From Anthoceros angustus (lineage: Eukaryota; Plantae; Anthocerotophyta), in NCBI GenBank assembly GCA_010909165.1, contig MU008168.1:1116001-1180000 (forward strand): 64,000 nucleotides of DNA, written 5' to 3'. The first letter of the stretch is position 1. Each line of letters starts with the position of its first letter. A model generated the notes under the pieces. The model saw nothing but the letters and a program-made list of their open reading frames with translations. It searched no databases and was not told where the DNA came from. A program made the translations under genes and the position numbers. This document shows positions 25,564 through 43,505 of this stretch, piece after piece.

Positions 25564-26764
25564 GCGTCGATTCACAGTCTCCAGTCCCCCGGCACCGGCG
25601 TGCGCAGGCGCAGGCGCAGGCAGAGCAAGAGCAGGAACAGCAAAGGGAAACGAGACCTAGAGAGGAGACGTCTCCTTCGCTCCGAGACGCGTCCTTAAAT
25701 GCGAGCAAGGAGAGCCAGGACCCGGGGAGAATGCATGTATGACTGACAAAGGCAGTGTAAAACACGTACCACAAGCTTGTGCGGAGCGCGGTCCACCATA
25801 GGCTGCTTACCGATTGCGATGACGCACCGCCTACCGCCGGTCGGGGGCGAGTAGGTTACGGTCCGTTACGGAGCCGAGGGCCGCGGCGTCCGCACGTCGG
25901 CGGAGGACCTGGGGTAGCCCGTCCAGAGGCGGCGACCGGGGCCACGTCCATCACCCAACCTACTGCAGGAACCACGCGTTGCCTTGCGTTTTTATCCCTC
26001 TCATCGCATTCACGCATTCACGCATTCACGGATTTGCGGATTCGCGGCCCGGCCAACCCTAACCGTTGGCATCTGGCTGGGGCTGGGTCGACGCACATTC
26101 CATCCCATTCTATCCAAGCTCCAAGCAGGTCCGAGGGCTCCGAGGGTTCCGAGCTCGCAGCTGTGCGCGAGCTATGCGGTGCGCATATTTGGCGGGGTGT
26201 GGATTGGCCGATTCGCCACCTGGCCAGCCGGTGTCTGCGTTCCACATGTCTTTCCCACTTGGAGCCTGCCAGCGCCGCGGCATATGTGCCCCAAATCGAT
26301 TCCCAAGCCAGACGCCAAAGCCAGCCACAGCCACAGTCTCATTACCACCGGGGGAGAACCATCGCTCGGATTCTGCCAACCTAACATGGCCCTTCCTCTG
26401 TTGCCTTCTTGCTTTTGCGCTGCATCCACCCTGCTTGCCTACATTGTAGATCCCTCTCTCACGTCTCTGCGTCTGGACAAATGCGCACAGCTACCCGGGT
26501 GCTTTTTTTTTTGCTTACGGGGTCCATCTAGAATCCTGTGCTCATGGGTCATCTGGACTCCAAAACTTGAAAACCATATTATAGACCCTAATATCCAACT
26601 CTATAAGTACCTCTTTTGGTTTATACTTAGGTACATATAGAGTTTTATATCTAACCTTCCATTATTACTATTAATTCTTGTAGATTATATCTCCATCTTC
26701 TGTCTCCAATCCTTGAATAAAATCTTTTTGGCATAAAAGAAGATTTGGTTAGGACTCAATATAG

Positions 26765-26767
<3 letters not shown>

Positions 26768-26798
<31 letters not shown>
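26768..26798. repeat. (AT)n microsatellite
   Basis: Directly visible. Confidence 0.95.
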
Positions 26799-26801
<3 letters not shown>

Positions 26802-27522
26802 TTAAGAGTTTGAACTAGTTATTTGTATCAGTTAATGTGGTGAAAGTTACATGCATATGTCAAAAAAAGATAGCATAGATACAAAATCACAATATGGTGG
26901 AAGTTATATGTCTGTTCTCCACCACCTCGATGTAGATGAAACTTCTCGAGAATCTATGCTTATTCTATAAAATCTCCATGTTTTTTTAATGAAAATAACA
27001 ATAATGACGATTTAAAGTTTCGTTAGGAGTTTCAACTAGAACCACACGAGTCAATACGCTGAAAGTTACATATATTAATTGAAAAAGATAATCTAGACAT
27101 AAAATCTAGCAAAAATGGCATATATAAGTCAAAAATATAATGTAGATCTATTATATAGGTACCAATCCTGGCAAATATTGCATGTATAAGTAGGAAACCA
27201 TGAGGCAGACACACAATAACACTTGCATGAGCCAGACACACAATAACACACTACAAGCATTACATCCTACCTATCTTCCCATTATATCTAGATACACAAC
27301 TTGCCTCTAGATAGCCTACTGATTCAATTATATTTTGATTATATCCAGACTTCTTTAAAATAGGTTTTGAGCGCAAATAATTCTCTCAACCACATACATA
27401 AAATAAATTATACTATTTGGATTCCACATACTTATAACAACAATTATTTGACAGAAGAGAATTGACGTCTCACAACCAGGCCGTGAGAGCCAGATGCATG
27501 ACTTGTGACTCCAACTATCTAC

Positions 27523-27553
<31 letters not shown>

Positions 27554-28160
27554 CCACCTGGTCATCTACTTGGGCCATAAGAAACATATACCTATCGAAA
27601 ATAAGCTCGACCTTACAAGAGAGAGATGTAAGATCGTTGACGTCGACCTCTCGTTGTGCTACGCCACAATATAGCTGGAGCTCCTCTCTACGTAACTTCC
27701 TTTTGTCTTAGAAGCTTTATCCAAAAGCTCCCAATTAGACTACATCTGATGTGAATTGCTTCCATGAAGGTGAAGGCTGCTACCTACTTTTATTTATTCC
27801 AGTAGGGAAATAGTTATAATCTAAAGAATCCTATGAAGTTTGAGAAAAAGCGCCTTAGTCAAAGCCCTAATGGAACTAAAGCGCCTTAGGCTCAGCCCTA
27901 ATGGAACTGAAAGATGGCTTGATCACAAAAGGAAGAAGAAGGAGCCATGGAGGTTGTTCAAGCTCTACCACAGACTAAGATAATCCCTGACCTCTGTAAC
28001 CTCCATGGAAAAATAAATCAAAACAAACCTAGGGGAGAAATCTTCAGCAAGGGTTCTCATTCCCCTATGTTACATATCGTATTATCACATTAGAAAAAGA
28101 TTATACTCTTCCCAAGGTCATCTGAATACATGCCTAGATACCATCGCAGGCTATGTGGGA

Positions 28161-28332
28161 CTTGGGAAAAACTCGTCACTCACTAAAACTCCTCACCTTT
28201 ACGTTGGAAAAACTCCCACACCCATTGAAACTCCCCACCTTTACTTTGAAAAAACTCCCTCACCCACTAAAACTCCCCATCTTTACCTTGGAAAACTCCC
28301 TCGCCTACTCAAACTCCTCACCTTTACCTTTG
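28161..28332. repeat. Degenerate ~33-bp tandem repeat x5 (ttggaaaaactccc..aaaactccccaccttta), within a probable TE remnant
   Basis: Repeat units visible and mirrored in the periodic ORFs 28153-28368 and 28155-28391. Confidence 0.8.
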
Positions 28333-28780
28333 CCGAGAATAAGGGCTGCAGTAACAAGCCTTGCATGAGAAGCATGCAGCCCTGGATCTAGTTAGTAAGT
28401 TGTAAGTAGTGGTGGTAAGACTTAGCTTAGGGCTTCAGGAAGAAAGTCTGCTTTAAGCAGTTACTTTGGAAATGATGTAAGCCTCCCCATATAAGGAGAT
28501 GAGGCTAGCCCTAGAGAAGCATCTTATGATCCTAGCATGGGGAGCTACACTCTCGAGGATAGGACTTTGGAGCCTAAAGGCCTTGGGAGCCTAGAGTGTG
28601 AGCGTGCTAGAGGAGAGCTGTTGAGGAGGAGATCGAGGGGAGAGAGCTAAGCTCCTAGCTTAGGCAAAGATGGGAGCTCTCTCGATCTCATGTATTCTTG
28701 TTGACTCTTCGGAATAAATAGCAGCGGATGTCTGATTGCGAGTCGTCCGTGGAAGGACGGCGGCTACTTGGAGGCCTAGT

Positions 28781-28960
28781 GCCGGTGTCGGTGATGTTTT
28801 TGTCGCCAATCGCTTGAGGCCTACCGGTGTCGGTGATGTTTTTGTCGCTAACTACTGCCGGTGTCTGGTGATGGTTTTGTCGCTAACTACTGCTGGTGTC
28901 TGGTGATGGTTTTTGTCGCTAACTACTGCTGGTGTCTGGTGACGTTTTTGTCGCTAACTA
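28781..28960. repeat. ~35-bp tandem repeat x5 (ccggtgtc(t)ggtgatgtttttgtcgctaactact)
   Basis: Directly visible; units abut, with no unique spacers. Confidence 0.85.
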
Positions 28961-29504
28961 CAGTCGGCCCCCCCTAATTGGGAACTCTATAAATGGGATT
29001 CCTCTCTAAATGGGACCTCCCATCCTACTCCCTTTAGTTTACAATGTAATAAATGGGATTTTTCCCTAAATGATAATTGGGACCTTTTGAAACATACATT
29101 CATGTTAGTTTCACCTCCCTAAATAGAATTTCTATTTTTTTACTAAAAAAAATTAAAAAAGAAAGAAAAAAGAATCGATTATTTCAGAGCACAATAGACT
29201 TTTAGGTGTGATTGAAGACTCTTAAGCTAAGCTTTTTCCTTTATGATAGGTATAGGTTTTTGATGTTGCTTAGAGAAAGCGCTAGCTTTCAAACAACTAT
29301 ATAGAGAAGTGGTAAAAGTTATTTTTAGTGAAACCTATCAATCAAAATTTAAAATTTTCTTTGTTTTTGGATATTTTTTGATTTTCTAGAGTTTATAATA
29401 TTTTTATTATTTTTAAATAGGGAAAATATAATCGGGACACCTCCCTTAATGGGACCTCTAAAGGCACTCCGAACCAGTCCCAATTAGGGGGGGTGGAAGT
29501 CGTA
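28961..29504. mobile_element. Probable non-autonomous DNA transposon (Tc1/pogo-like MITE)
   Basis: Left end ta|cagtcggccccccctaattggga; right end tcccaattaggggggg is its inverted copy. Internal repeats of taaat/taattgggac; AT-rich core. The right terminus is degenerate. Confidence 0.5.
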
Positions 29505-29742
29505 CGTGACTGCCCCACCTCGTTGAAAAGGGGGTGTTACCGCTGCCATACATTGCTGCGTGAGCCTTTTTAATGACTTGAAATTAACTGCGTTTTACTT
29601 TTTGTAGGAAACCATTGAATGAAAATTTCTTCCTCTTCTTAAGAGGACTTTTCCCGGTGCCAGCCAGGACGAGAGACATTCAGTGAAAAAATCAATCCTC
29701 GGTAGGTTGTTACAAAAAGAATGAGCTTTATCACATACGATA

Positions 29743-32452
29743 TCAGTGAACGCCGCCATTGGCGACAACAACTTCCCTCTCCACGGGCACTCGGGCGTAC
29801 GTGCGTCGGTACTTGGCATCCACCTGCGTCAGATAGAATGTCCCTGGTCGCAGCTGTTCACGTTCGCTGACTGGGGTGTAGTCTTTGGCACCATATCTTG
29901 TTTCCATCAGATGCATAGTCTTCACGAACTCGGAGGGTGTAACCTGGGCAGGCACGGCAGAAAAGAAGTGGCGACTGAGCGTGGAGCGATGAGGGAGATG
30001 ACACTGGAAATATCCTGCTCACGAGCATAAATCTAGACCTCCGCCAGACTTCTCACTGTCGGTGCAACAGAACATCAGGGAGTGGACAAATACCTGAATC
30101 CGAGATTTCAGCTTCTCATCAATATCCAAGACGCTTGCAATGTGTGCAACACTGAAGGGCTTTTCACCCTCATGCACTCGGAGGGAGAAGAGTGTCGCAG
30201 CTAAACCGCTTCCGTATGAAAACAGCAGCACTCGCTTTCCTTCCTGCAAATATCCTCTTTGCCAATCAGATACTTCATTCCCCGACGTGCTACAGGAGAC
30301 AAATCATTGGAGAGCTTCTCTGCGACATGAGTGTTTCCACTGGGCTCCTGTAAGCCATGATCAAAAAAATCTAATCGAGACAACACTTACCAGTGATTCA
30401 GACTGTCTGTTCAACAGAGACGCAAACCCCGCGTACAGGGATGCGCAATACATGTTCCCTATTTCCTTGGGCAAAATTGTACTTGGTACCACCTTCACGT
30501 TATATCCAAACTTTGCCACTCCCCATGCCTCCTGCTCTCAGGTGTAACACAACAAACAAACACACTACTCAAGTTAAGAGGTACCAGTGATAACCTCCAA
30601 AAAGAAAAAACAAACCAAGGGAAACCACCACACCTTTTCAAGATCCCGGTTAGTAAGGCTCTCTTCATGGGTAAGCCCGGCAAACGGCTTCAGTTTTTCT
30701 GCCACATCCTCAGTCACATGGCTACAGAAGCCAACCAATACAAACACCACATTTTCAGTCAAGAGTAGAAGAGTAGACACGCCAACATTAGGTGACACGA
30801 AAGTGGAAAATACAACAAGTTGACTTCCCCACCTGGCACTTTTAAGGAAGTCTTTGTAGACAAGGCGGGCATAGCTCTTTTGCACAAGCTGCAAACTCGA
30901 GCAAGCAACAAATTATGATCTGCTCATTTCAACTGCAAAGGGCTTCCAGGACTTCACCGCTGGTACCTTATTGTAAGGAGAGTGGAAGACAACGTAGTCA
31001 GCATCTCCCAGGGAAAACTGTCTGCCTTCATGCTTTTCAAATCTGCTAAGCCAAGAGACTGCAGTTTACTTGACCATGCATCGGCAGAACAAATAAGATT
31101 TGCACGCAGAGCCTCACGTGACATACCTGGCTGCATACCGCTGGTAGCATAGGTCCAGTGCCCTCAAATAACAAACTTGGGACAGCTTCCCATCAACAAC
31201 CTGAGACAAGAACGGGCCAAGATGAAGTGTGCAACAGGAGAAGGAGGAGCTGAGAATCAAACTCAACTTAGCCCTGGTGGCTGAGTCTGGCATAAGCAAG
31301 GGACGACGCTCCACTGACTCACTTCGTGGCAAGAGGACGTCTTGAACAAAAACATACCAATTAAACCAAAGAGAGTTTGACACTGACTGGATATTCGCTG
31401 TGCGGGTCTGGCTTGTAGAAGTCAAAGACATGAGCCATGTGTGTCCCAGTGTACTTACGCTCAAATACTAGAGGTGCGTTTGGCCCAATCAACAGAGCAA
31501 CAGCACCGGCACCTCCGGTGGGCCGGGCAGCTCCTTCAGCATACACCTGTAGCAGGCACAAACGCTGTCAAGCTTCCACTCCAGAGCCGTCTACCAACCC
31601 AGTCACAAGCTTAAAACAGGAAACAAACAAACAAACAAACAAACTAGGCTACGTAGGCGTGGAGTTCAAGGCTGGCAAAAAGAGACACTCACTGCCACAT
31701 CTGCAGCAACCACAAGAGCCAAACGTCCATCCCATGCACTGCTTTCCACCCAGTTAAGAGAATTCTGGAGCGCAGCTGTCCCTCCATAGCAGGCGTTGGT
31801 CGAATCCACCCCTTCAATGTCTCCATTGCCACTCTCCTGCATGCAACCAAGCATCAGGAATCCCTGTCCACCGCACTGACCTACAACGACAGACACGGAA
31901 AATCACAGCAGCAACGCACCTCAAACAGTTGCATGAGGGAAGTCTTGATCGACTTGCTTTTATCAATAACGGTTTCACTGCCAACTTCCAGCCTACCAAT
32001 TCGATCCGGCGCGACATTGTACTTCTCAAGCAGCGACTGCACCACAGTGAGGCTGTTCACGAAGCGAGTGCGGAGTCAGCGACCGCCAGAAACAAGCCAT
32101 CGGCTCCCAGAAAACCTCCGAATCACGCACAAAGACTCCCTTACTACCTCATTGACACCACGTCCTCCAAATCTGAGCAAAAGCCGAGGTTTGTCTGGCC
32201 AAGCCCGATAGTGTACTTCCCCTGCCCCACTCCATCGTGACTCTCAAGCTCCGCCTGCATTCCACAGAGATCTCAAGATTCTCAAGCCCTTGCCGCCATC
32301 TCAAGATTCTCAAGCCCTTGCCGACCGCACTGAGAGCGAGGCGCTGCTGCGCCGGAAGCAGGAAAATGGCGGGAACATACCTGGCTCACGTAGGCGGAGG
32401 GGAAATAGACATCCACGGCCAAAATTCCCACGTTGTGAGGACGCGACGCCAT
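29743..32452 (-). CDS. HMGS: Hydroxymethylglutaryl-CoA synthase, multi-exon
   Basis: [38 protein letters not shown] (catalytic Cys), [29 protein letters not shown]|[21 protein letters not shown]. Confidence 0.97.
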
Positions 32453-32944
32453 GGCAGTGCTGCTGGATTCGGGGCAGGCGCGCAGCGGAATTGTTGCTCC
32501 CGGTCCAGAGTGCGTGAACTATGTCGACAAACTGCCCGCTGCCTCTACGTACATACGAGAAAGTGGGAGAGAGGAGAGAGAGCTGGTTTCCGCATGTGCA
32601 CAGTCAGAAATGACAGAAAAGAAATGACAGAAATGAAAAGGCTTCAGGACACGAACGACACTTGGAACGAGGCGGACGGGAGACCTAAAAATAATCCATT
32701 ACCTACCCTCGCCTAATGGCCGCAAGCAAGCCTGTCTAGAGAGAACGAGAGCCATGTATGTACCAAAGATGGGAGATCGCATCTACCATGGCGTGGTGAA
32801 CCAGTAGCTAGACAGGTACATATGTGTATATCATGTATGCATTGGGTGATGGTATCATGGAGCAGGGGGCAGGCGTTGTACATCTCCACTGATCCAGCTC
32901 TTGCCTTGGTAATGGCGTCAGCCGAGCGGTTTAGAAGGGAGATG

Positions 32945-34894
32945 CTAAACCTGGAGCTTGGAGCTGATGGTGTGGAGCAATGCATACAACGCAGCCATTT
33001 CTTGATGCATGCGGTCTCCAACCACGAAAGTATGCACTTGGTGCTCATGCTCGATCCAGCTTTCACCAGGCTTCTTCCATGCCCCGGCTCTCTGTCTGAA
33101 CTCATCAATCTCAACCGCATGGTTCCGCATGCCAGCACGGGCATACATGTTCGACATGACGACATAGGGCGCAGCCTGTCCGGGATCCAGAGCCACGACG
33201 CAGTCGAAGGCACGCCGCGCCAGCAGCAGGTTATCGTGCTTCCGGCAGGCGCTCAGCAGACACAGCCAAACTTGCGCTGCAGGAGGCGTCGGCATGCTTA
33301 GAATGAGATCCTGTGCCTTGCCGAGCAGGCCGGCCCGGGCCACAAGATCGAGCACACACACATAATGCTCCACCACTGGAGCCATCCCGTAATCCCTGCT
33401 CATGCTCTCGAAGACGCGCAAACCTTCTTCCACCTTCCCGGCGTGCGTGCATGCCGAGAGGAGCACCAAGAAGGTAACCACGCTCGGCTTCACGCCTGCC
33501 CTGCGCATCTCCTCAAACCCTAGCATGCTTGAGTGACAGTCTCCTTGCCGAGCGTAGCCGGCGATGAGCGCGTTCCAGGAAACCACATCCGGCTGCGGCA
33601 GCGCGTCGAACACACTCCGCGCATCCGCCATGCTTCCGCATCTGGCGTACGCGTGGATCAGGCAATTAGAGACGCGGAGGTTAGGCTGGAACGAGCCGTC
33701 CGTTGCAAAGCTCTGGTGAGCCTGTCTGCACATGTGTAACGCTCCCGAATTGCCGCAGGCTTGGAAGAGCGAAATGTATGTTGCTTCATCAGCTTCTACG
33801 TTTCGTTCTCGCATTAGGGCGAAAAGATGCAAAGCCTTGTCCGCTTGCTTCTGCTGAGCACATGCTGCGATCATGGCAGTCCAGGACACTACATTCCGAT
33901 CGGGCAACCGCTCGAAAACCTGCTCTGCATCCATGCTGCTCCCACACTTCGCATACATGCTGACCAAAGTGCTGCCGACGAAGACGTCCCATTCAAAGCC
34001 TCTTCTGGCAGCTTCTGCATGCACTTCCTTCCCTTTCCTCAGAGACTCCAGCTTCACAAGCTGCCCTTCCACCATAGCACACTCCTCCTTCTCTGCAAGG
34101 CTGCCACAGGCTTGCAGAACGCTGACAAAGGTCCGGGCATCTGGCTTCACGCCTGAGCATTGCAATAGGGCATACATTTCCAAGGCATCCTCTCCCTGCT
34201 CCTGCTGAGCGTATGATGCAATCATGGCATTCCAGGTGACCACGCTGCGATCCAGGAGCCTGTCGAACACCAGCCGTGCATCTTCAATGCTCCCACACTT
34301 GGCATACATGCTAACCAGAGAGCTGCCAACATACACATCTGCCTCCACCCCATGTCGGAGACAGTGGGCGTGAATCCTCCTGCCCTCATCCACCTCTCCT
34401 AGCCTGCTACAGGCTTGCAGCAGCCTCACAAGTGTGTACTTGTTGGGCTTCACGCCCTCCTGCTGCATCTGTCGAAAGCATTCCAGAACCTCCCGACATC
34501 GGCCAGCACTGCAGTAACCTGACATGATGGCCGTCCAAGAGAAGACAGTTCTGTGAGGCAATCTGCGAAACAACTTGAGCCCGTCCTCAAAGCTCCCACA
34601 TTTCACCAGAGAAGTCACCAGCAGGTCACTCAAATACCTGTTCAACTCCAGTCCTTCTTCTGCCACACGAGCATGCACTTGCTTCACCTGACCCAGCGCC
34701 TTCTCTTCCATACAGGCCTGCAACAGCTTCCTGTACATGTGCACCTTCTTCAGCTCCCCCTTCTTGCATGACTCCTCCACCTGCCATGTATCTCCGGATA
34801 CGAGGCCTGCCCTTGCAGCAAATCTACCAAGCTTGTAAAACCCAATTGCAGGCAGTTTGTGCCGGTGACCCAAGAAGACCACCTCGTCACACAT
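32945..34894 (-). CDS. PLS-class PPR protein with E1-E2-E+ end (PG box), no DYW; one LL motif; 649 aa
   Basis: P-L-S triplets (LVSMYAKCGS, VVSWTAMI), E domain (WLCLLSACRKH, AAPYVVMSNMYA), KKPGESWIEHEHQVHTFVVGD. Confidence 0.93.
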   Translation of the reverse strand: MCDEVVFLGHRHKLPAIGFYKLGRFAARAGLVSGDTWQVEESCKKGELKKVHMYRKLLQACMEEKALGQVKQVHARVAEEGLELNRYLSDLLVTSLVKCGSFEDGLKLFRRLPHRTVFSWTAIMSGYCSAGRCREVLECFRQMQQEGVKPNKYTLVRLLQACSRLGEVDEGRRIHAHCLRHGVEADVYVGSSLVSMYAKCGSIEDARLVFDRLLDRSVVTWNAMIASYAQQEQGEDALEMYALLQCSGVKPDARTFVSVLQACGSLAEKEECAMVEGQLVKLESLRKGKEVHAEAARRGFEWDVFVGSTLVSMYAKCGSSMDAEQVFERLPDRNVVSWTAMIAACAQQKQADKALHLFALMRERNVEADEATYISLFQACGNSGALHMCRQAHQSFATDGSFQPNLRVSNCLIHAYARCGSMADARSVFDALPQPDVVSWNALIAGYARQGDCHSSMLGFEEMRRAGVKPSVVTFLVLLSACTHAGKVEEGLRVFESMSRDYGMAPVVEHYVCVLDLVARAGLLGKAQDLILSMPTPPAAQVWLCLLSACRKHDNLLLARRAFDCVVALDPGQAAPYVVMSNMYARAGMRNHAVEIDEFRQRAGAWKKPGESWIEHEHQVHTFVVGDRMHQEMAALYALLHTISSKLQV

Positions 34895-35261
34895 GGCTTG
34901 GACATGCCCAACCTCTCATCAAGAGCTGATCAACAGGCAGATGCCTCTCGTTACAAGTCTACCTCACTCCTACATACAAAATACATAAGCAAGCTGCAAG
35001 GGGTTGCAAGGTGGGACAAGTTGACAGACCTAAAACTCGATGTCAGAACAGGAGTACACAGACACTGTACAAGCCGAGATTTTCTCTCCCCCGGATTTCA
35101 GTTTTTTGTCTGCGGTGGTCTTTTCCCCCGACGTACCTCGTCCTATGTCTTTTTATCTCTCCCTTTTCAACCTTCCTGTCCATCGTTTTGCTCGGATTCA
35201 GGACTTCTCCTGCCGATAGATGTCTGAACTTGATGCCTGAGGAGAAGGCAGGCCCTCTGCA

Positions 35262-40044
<4,783 letters not shown>

Positions 40045-40392
40045 ACAGATCTGATTGCCTGCATCTTGAACTCAATTTTGGAGCCAAGAACTGTGCACCA
40101 CCCGCTTTGTCACTATGAGGGCACCGACAGTAGCATCTTGTAGGCTTGACGTCTCAATTTTGGGATGCAGTTTTGTAAATCCAGCGTGACGGTCGGACAA
40201 ACCTTCCGCTTCTCGGGACTTTGGATTATCTATCCTTAATATCAGAATCCGATACAGTTAATATGAATGTACCTTTTCTAATTGCCAGCTGGCCGCTCTT
40301 AGTCCACCACGCCCTCGACTCTCCCGGTTAGCTTCACACCTTGGTTATTTGGGGTTAGTATATTTTTTTTAAGAAATACCTCGGCTTCGTAC

Positions 40393-40571
40393 GTGGTTAT
40401 TAAGCATCCCGCGCTTGGATCGGTACTTAGATGGGGTGCCTAAAGGGAATGGATGCCCTTGGTGCAAGTAGCTTAGGCATACCATGGTACAAGTTGTTAA
40501 GTACCAAGTCCCATGACGGAAATCCGTCCTTAGTGGACTTAAATAAAATTCTTCTTCTTCTTATTCTTATT
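40393..40571 (+). mobile_element. SINE-like element, copy B (5'-truncated), 8-bp TSD cttcgtac
   Basis: TSD at 40385-40392 and 40572-40579; (ttc/tta)n tail. Confidence 0.85.
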
Positions 40572-40885
40572 CTTCGTACAAACTAGATAAATTAATTATA
40601 TATTTAATTTTTATTTATTTATTTATATATCTAAAAGATAGGTACATATATCTCATCTGGATTTCAGATGCATGATCTGTAAAGTTGATCTTAAAAAACC
40701 CTTTATTACCTCATTTTCTACCCGTGAGTTACATAATTTCTGGACATCCTTATCAAACTCTACTAATAACACATAGTATTGATTAATTTGTCTCCCACTT
40801 TCTAGAATAAAGTGTTTTAGAAGTGATAGTTGTTGGGATAACGTTAAACTAAGAAGTTGCTTTCAAAGTTTCCACGATTAGTGCG

Positions 40886-41121
40886 TATCTCACAAATTGC
40901 TTCATTTGCTAGATGTTGAGTGTTGCAAGACCATACACTTAACAATATATTACAAATTGCTTCATTTGTGTGAGTGCTGCAAGACCTTAAACTCAATAGT
41001 ATCTCACAATAACTTCATTTTCTGGATGTTCGAATGTTGCAAGACTAAAGACCTTAAACTCAATAGTATCTCACAATAACTTCATTTTCTGGATGTTCGA
41101 GTGCTGCAGGACTAAACTCAA
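40886..41121. repeat. Degenerate ~50-65 bp tandem repeat, ~4 copies
   Basis: Recurring gtatctcacaa..cttcattt..gagtgytgcaagac. Confidence 0.7.
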
Positions 41122-41667
41122 GAGACAATATTATACCGACCATGAGGATTTTATCAACACTTACAAGGTTTTTATAGATAATTCTTTGTCATTTTTCTTC
41201 TCCCTTCTAGCCCGTCACCTATTGAAAGGGAAAGCCTCGTCAAGATTCCTTACTTCAATGCAAGAACATAACTAATGCCCAACAAACTAACTATCATTGC
41301 GGCTGTGTCATTCACGATTCCACCACATTGAATTGAAAGCTAGGTGAACTGAAAACTAGACATCCACACAATCGCAACCAAGACCTTTATTGCAATAACA
41401 AAGAAAACTAGCTTACACCTAGTTCTATCAAGCTAGGTGTGATCTAAATAGCCAAGCTCTCCCACTACCGTTCCACGAAGATACATGCTTATTAGCTTGC
41501 TTGACAGACTTCCAACCATTTACGGATAAGTTCATCTTGCATCGAGATGCCTAGTTACTTCACTTCATGAGTTACTCTAATTTAATATCTTACTTCACTT
41601 AACAACTTCAATATCAGGTCTTCACCTGATTATTTACGTAACTTTCTTAACCTTGATGGCCTACCTT

Positions 41668-41880
41668 GTGTGTCCAAATGGCCTAGGCCAAATGGACACA
41701 CATTTATAAGAACGCCGTGATTAAGCATCCTGAGCTTGGATCGTTATTTAGATGGGGTGCCTAAAGGGAGTGGATGCCCTTGGTGCAAGTAGCAGGCACA
41801 CCATGGTACAAGTTGTTAAGTACCAAGTCCATGACGAAAATCCGTCCTTAGTGGACTTAAATAAAATTCTTCTTCTTCTT
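41668..41880 (+). mobile_element. SINE-like element, copy C (full length), 7-bp TSD ctacctt
   Basis: TSD at 41661-41667 and 41881-41887; 5' hairpin; aataaaa(ttc)n tail. Confidence 0.88.
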
Positions 41881-42096
41881 CTACCTTAGAGAAGGTAGAT
41901 GGGATTCTTCATCTCTTTTTCACATAAAGTCTCAATTAATTTAATAACTTGCTTCACTTAAAAACGTCTCTTCACTTACCATCTAACCTACACCGACTGC
42001 CGAATTAAGAATCTTTGACAAAATATGGAGTCCTCATTTCCCATGACCTTTTTCAATCGGACTGTTTCGTCGTCATATGGAGGGAGTCGAAAGAAC

Positions 42097-43505
42097 TTAA
42101 CCACCACCGTCGCTGTAGACCTTACCGAAGAAGATCATCTGCAGCTGGTCATAGCCAGCCAGCACACCAGCGCCAGCTACAGCTCGCAAAATGTTAGCTC
42201 CTGCACCCTTGAACAGAGACTTGGTGCCTTCCTTCTTGATGATCTCCCTGAATGCATGCAGTGAGCTGTTGTACTTGACTGCCTCTCCCGACGTCATCAT
42301 CATACGACGACGAACAGTGTCCAGAGGGTACGAGGACAATCCTGCACCAATTGTGACGGCCCATCCAAGGAGGAAACTGGCAAGAAAATTCCCCTGAAAC
42401 AAACCGGAATATGGATATCAGCGGAAGCAAACACAGAGGTGAAGCCTAGACAGAGGATGTCTCTGAGATGCGAAACCATACCTCGAGAGGTCCAACGAGA
42501 ACCACAGGCTTCAGTGAGTCGTACATGCCGAAGTACAGGCCGCGATACACAATGATACCAGCACAAGAGACGTTGAATCCACGGTACAGGCCAGCAATGC
42601 CATCGGACTTGAGAGTCTGGCGATACACGTCCAGAAGCCCCTTGAATTGCCGCTCTCCTCCTTTCTTTGCGGACTTGTTGTCGTTAGCCAGACGAGTACG
42701 AGCATAATCCAGAGAGTACACCAACAGAAGGGACGAGGCACCGGCAGCACCACCGGAGGCCAGGTTGCCTGCGAACCACTTCCAGTACCCGTCCTTGTCC
42801 TTCCTGTAGCCGAACATCTTCTTAAAGCGCTCCTTGAAAGCGATGTTGAAGGCCTACACAGGAAAACGTATCTCAAGGCGTAAGACATCGGAGGACATGG
42901 GATACGCAGAAGGATCGCCCCGTAAGAGCGAGCATGAGTCAGATCTCACCACATCCACACGCAATGCAGTCAGCTCTGGCACCAGAGAGCACGGTAAGCG
43001 TAGGACATACCTGAGTGGGGAAGTACCGAAGCACGTTGGTCAGATTTGATCTCCACAGGGCAACAAAACCTTCCTCGCTGATCGTCCGCTTGAAGCAATC
43101 ACCGATCCCGTCGAACGGCTTGGAGAGGCGTCCAGTCTTGAGCATCTCATCCTGATTCTGGAGAAGGAGCTTCACACGCTCGATAGGAGCAGCTGCAGTC
43201 TTCGACACAGCCGCAGACACTCCTCCCATGAGGAAGTCAGCCACGAAGGAACCAGCTGGCTTTTCACTGCCCGCAGCAACGAAGATCGGTGAAGAAGGTG
43301 CAAAGTTCCCCATGCTAGGGCCCTGTAACACCTCCATCGGACACAAGGCAGTGCAGTCTGTGCTGATGCGAGGGAAAGCAGCCGCCGCGGCCGAGCCGTT
43401 CTCCGAGAAGGAGGCGGCGGGCCTCTGGTGCAACAGCGTGGTGCCGAGGTAGGTCCGCGAGGAGAAGTGCGTGACGAAGTGACGAGACTGCCGGTAGTCC
43501 ACCAT
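42097..43505 (-). CDS. AAC: Mitochondrial ADP/ATP carrier, tandem copy a, 3 exons
   Basis: [50 protein letters not shown] signature. Confidence 0.93.

Noticed and set aside
27780-28760. Solo LTR
   Set aside because: TATA and polyA-like motifs are present, but no TG..CA ends with TSD could be defined.
28781-28960. CRISPR-like ~35-bp repeats
   Set aside because: Units are contiguous with no unique spacers, there are no cas genes, and the context is eukaryotic.
32700-32944. Spliced DYW exon downstream of the PPR genes (also 49800-50278)
   Set aside because: No HxE or CxxC/DYW-like peptides were seen in the downstream frames.
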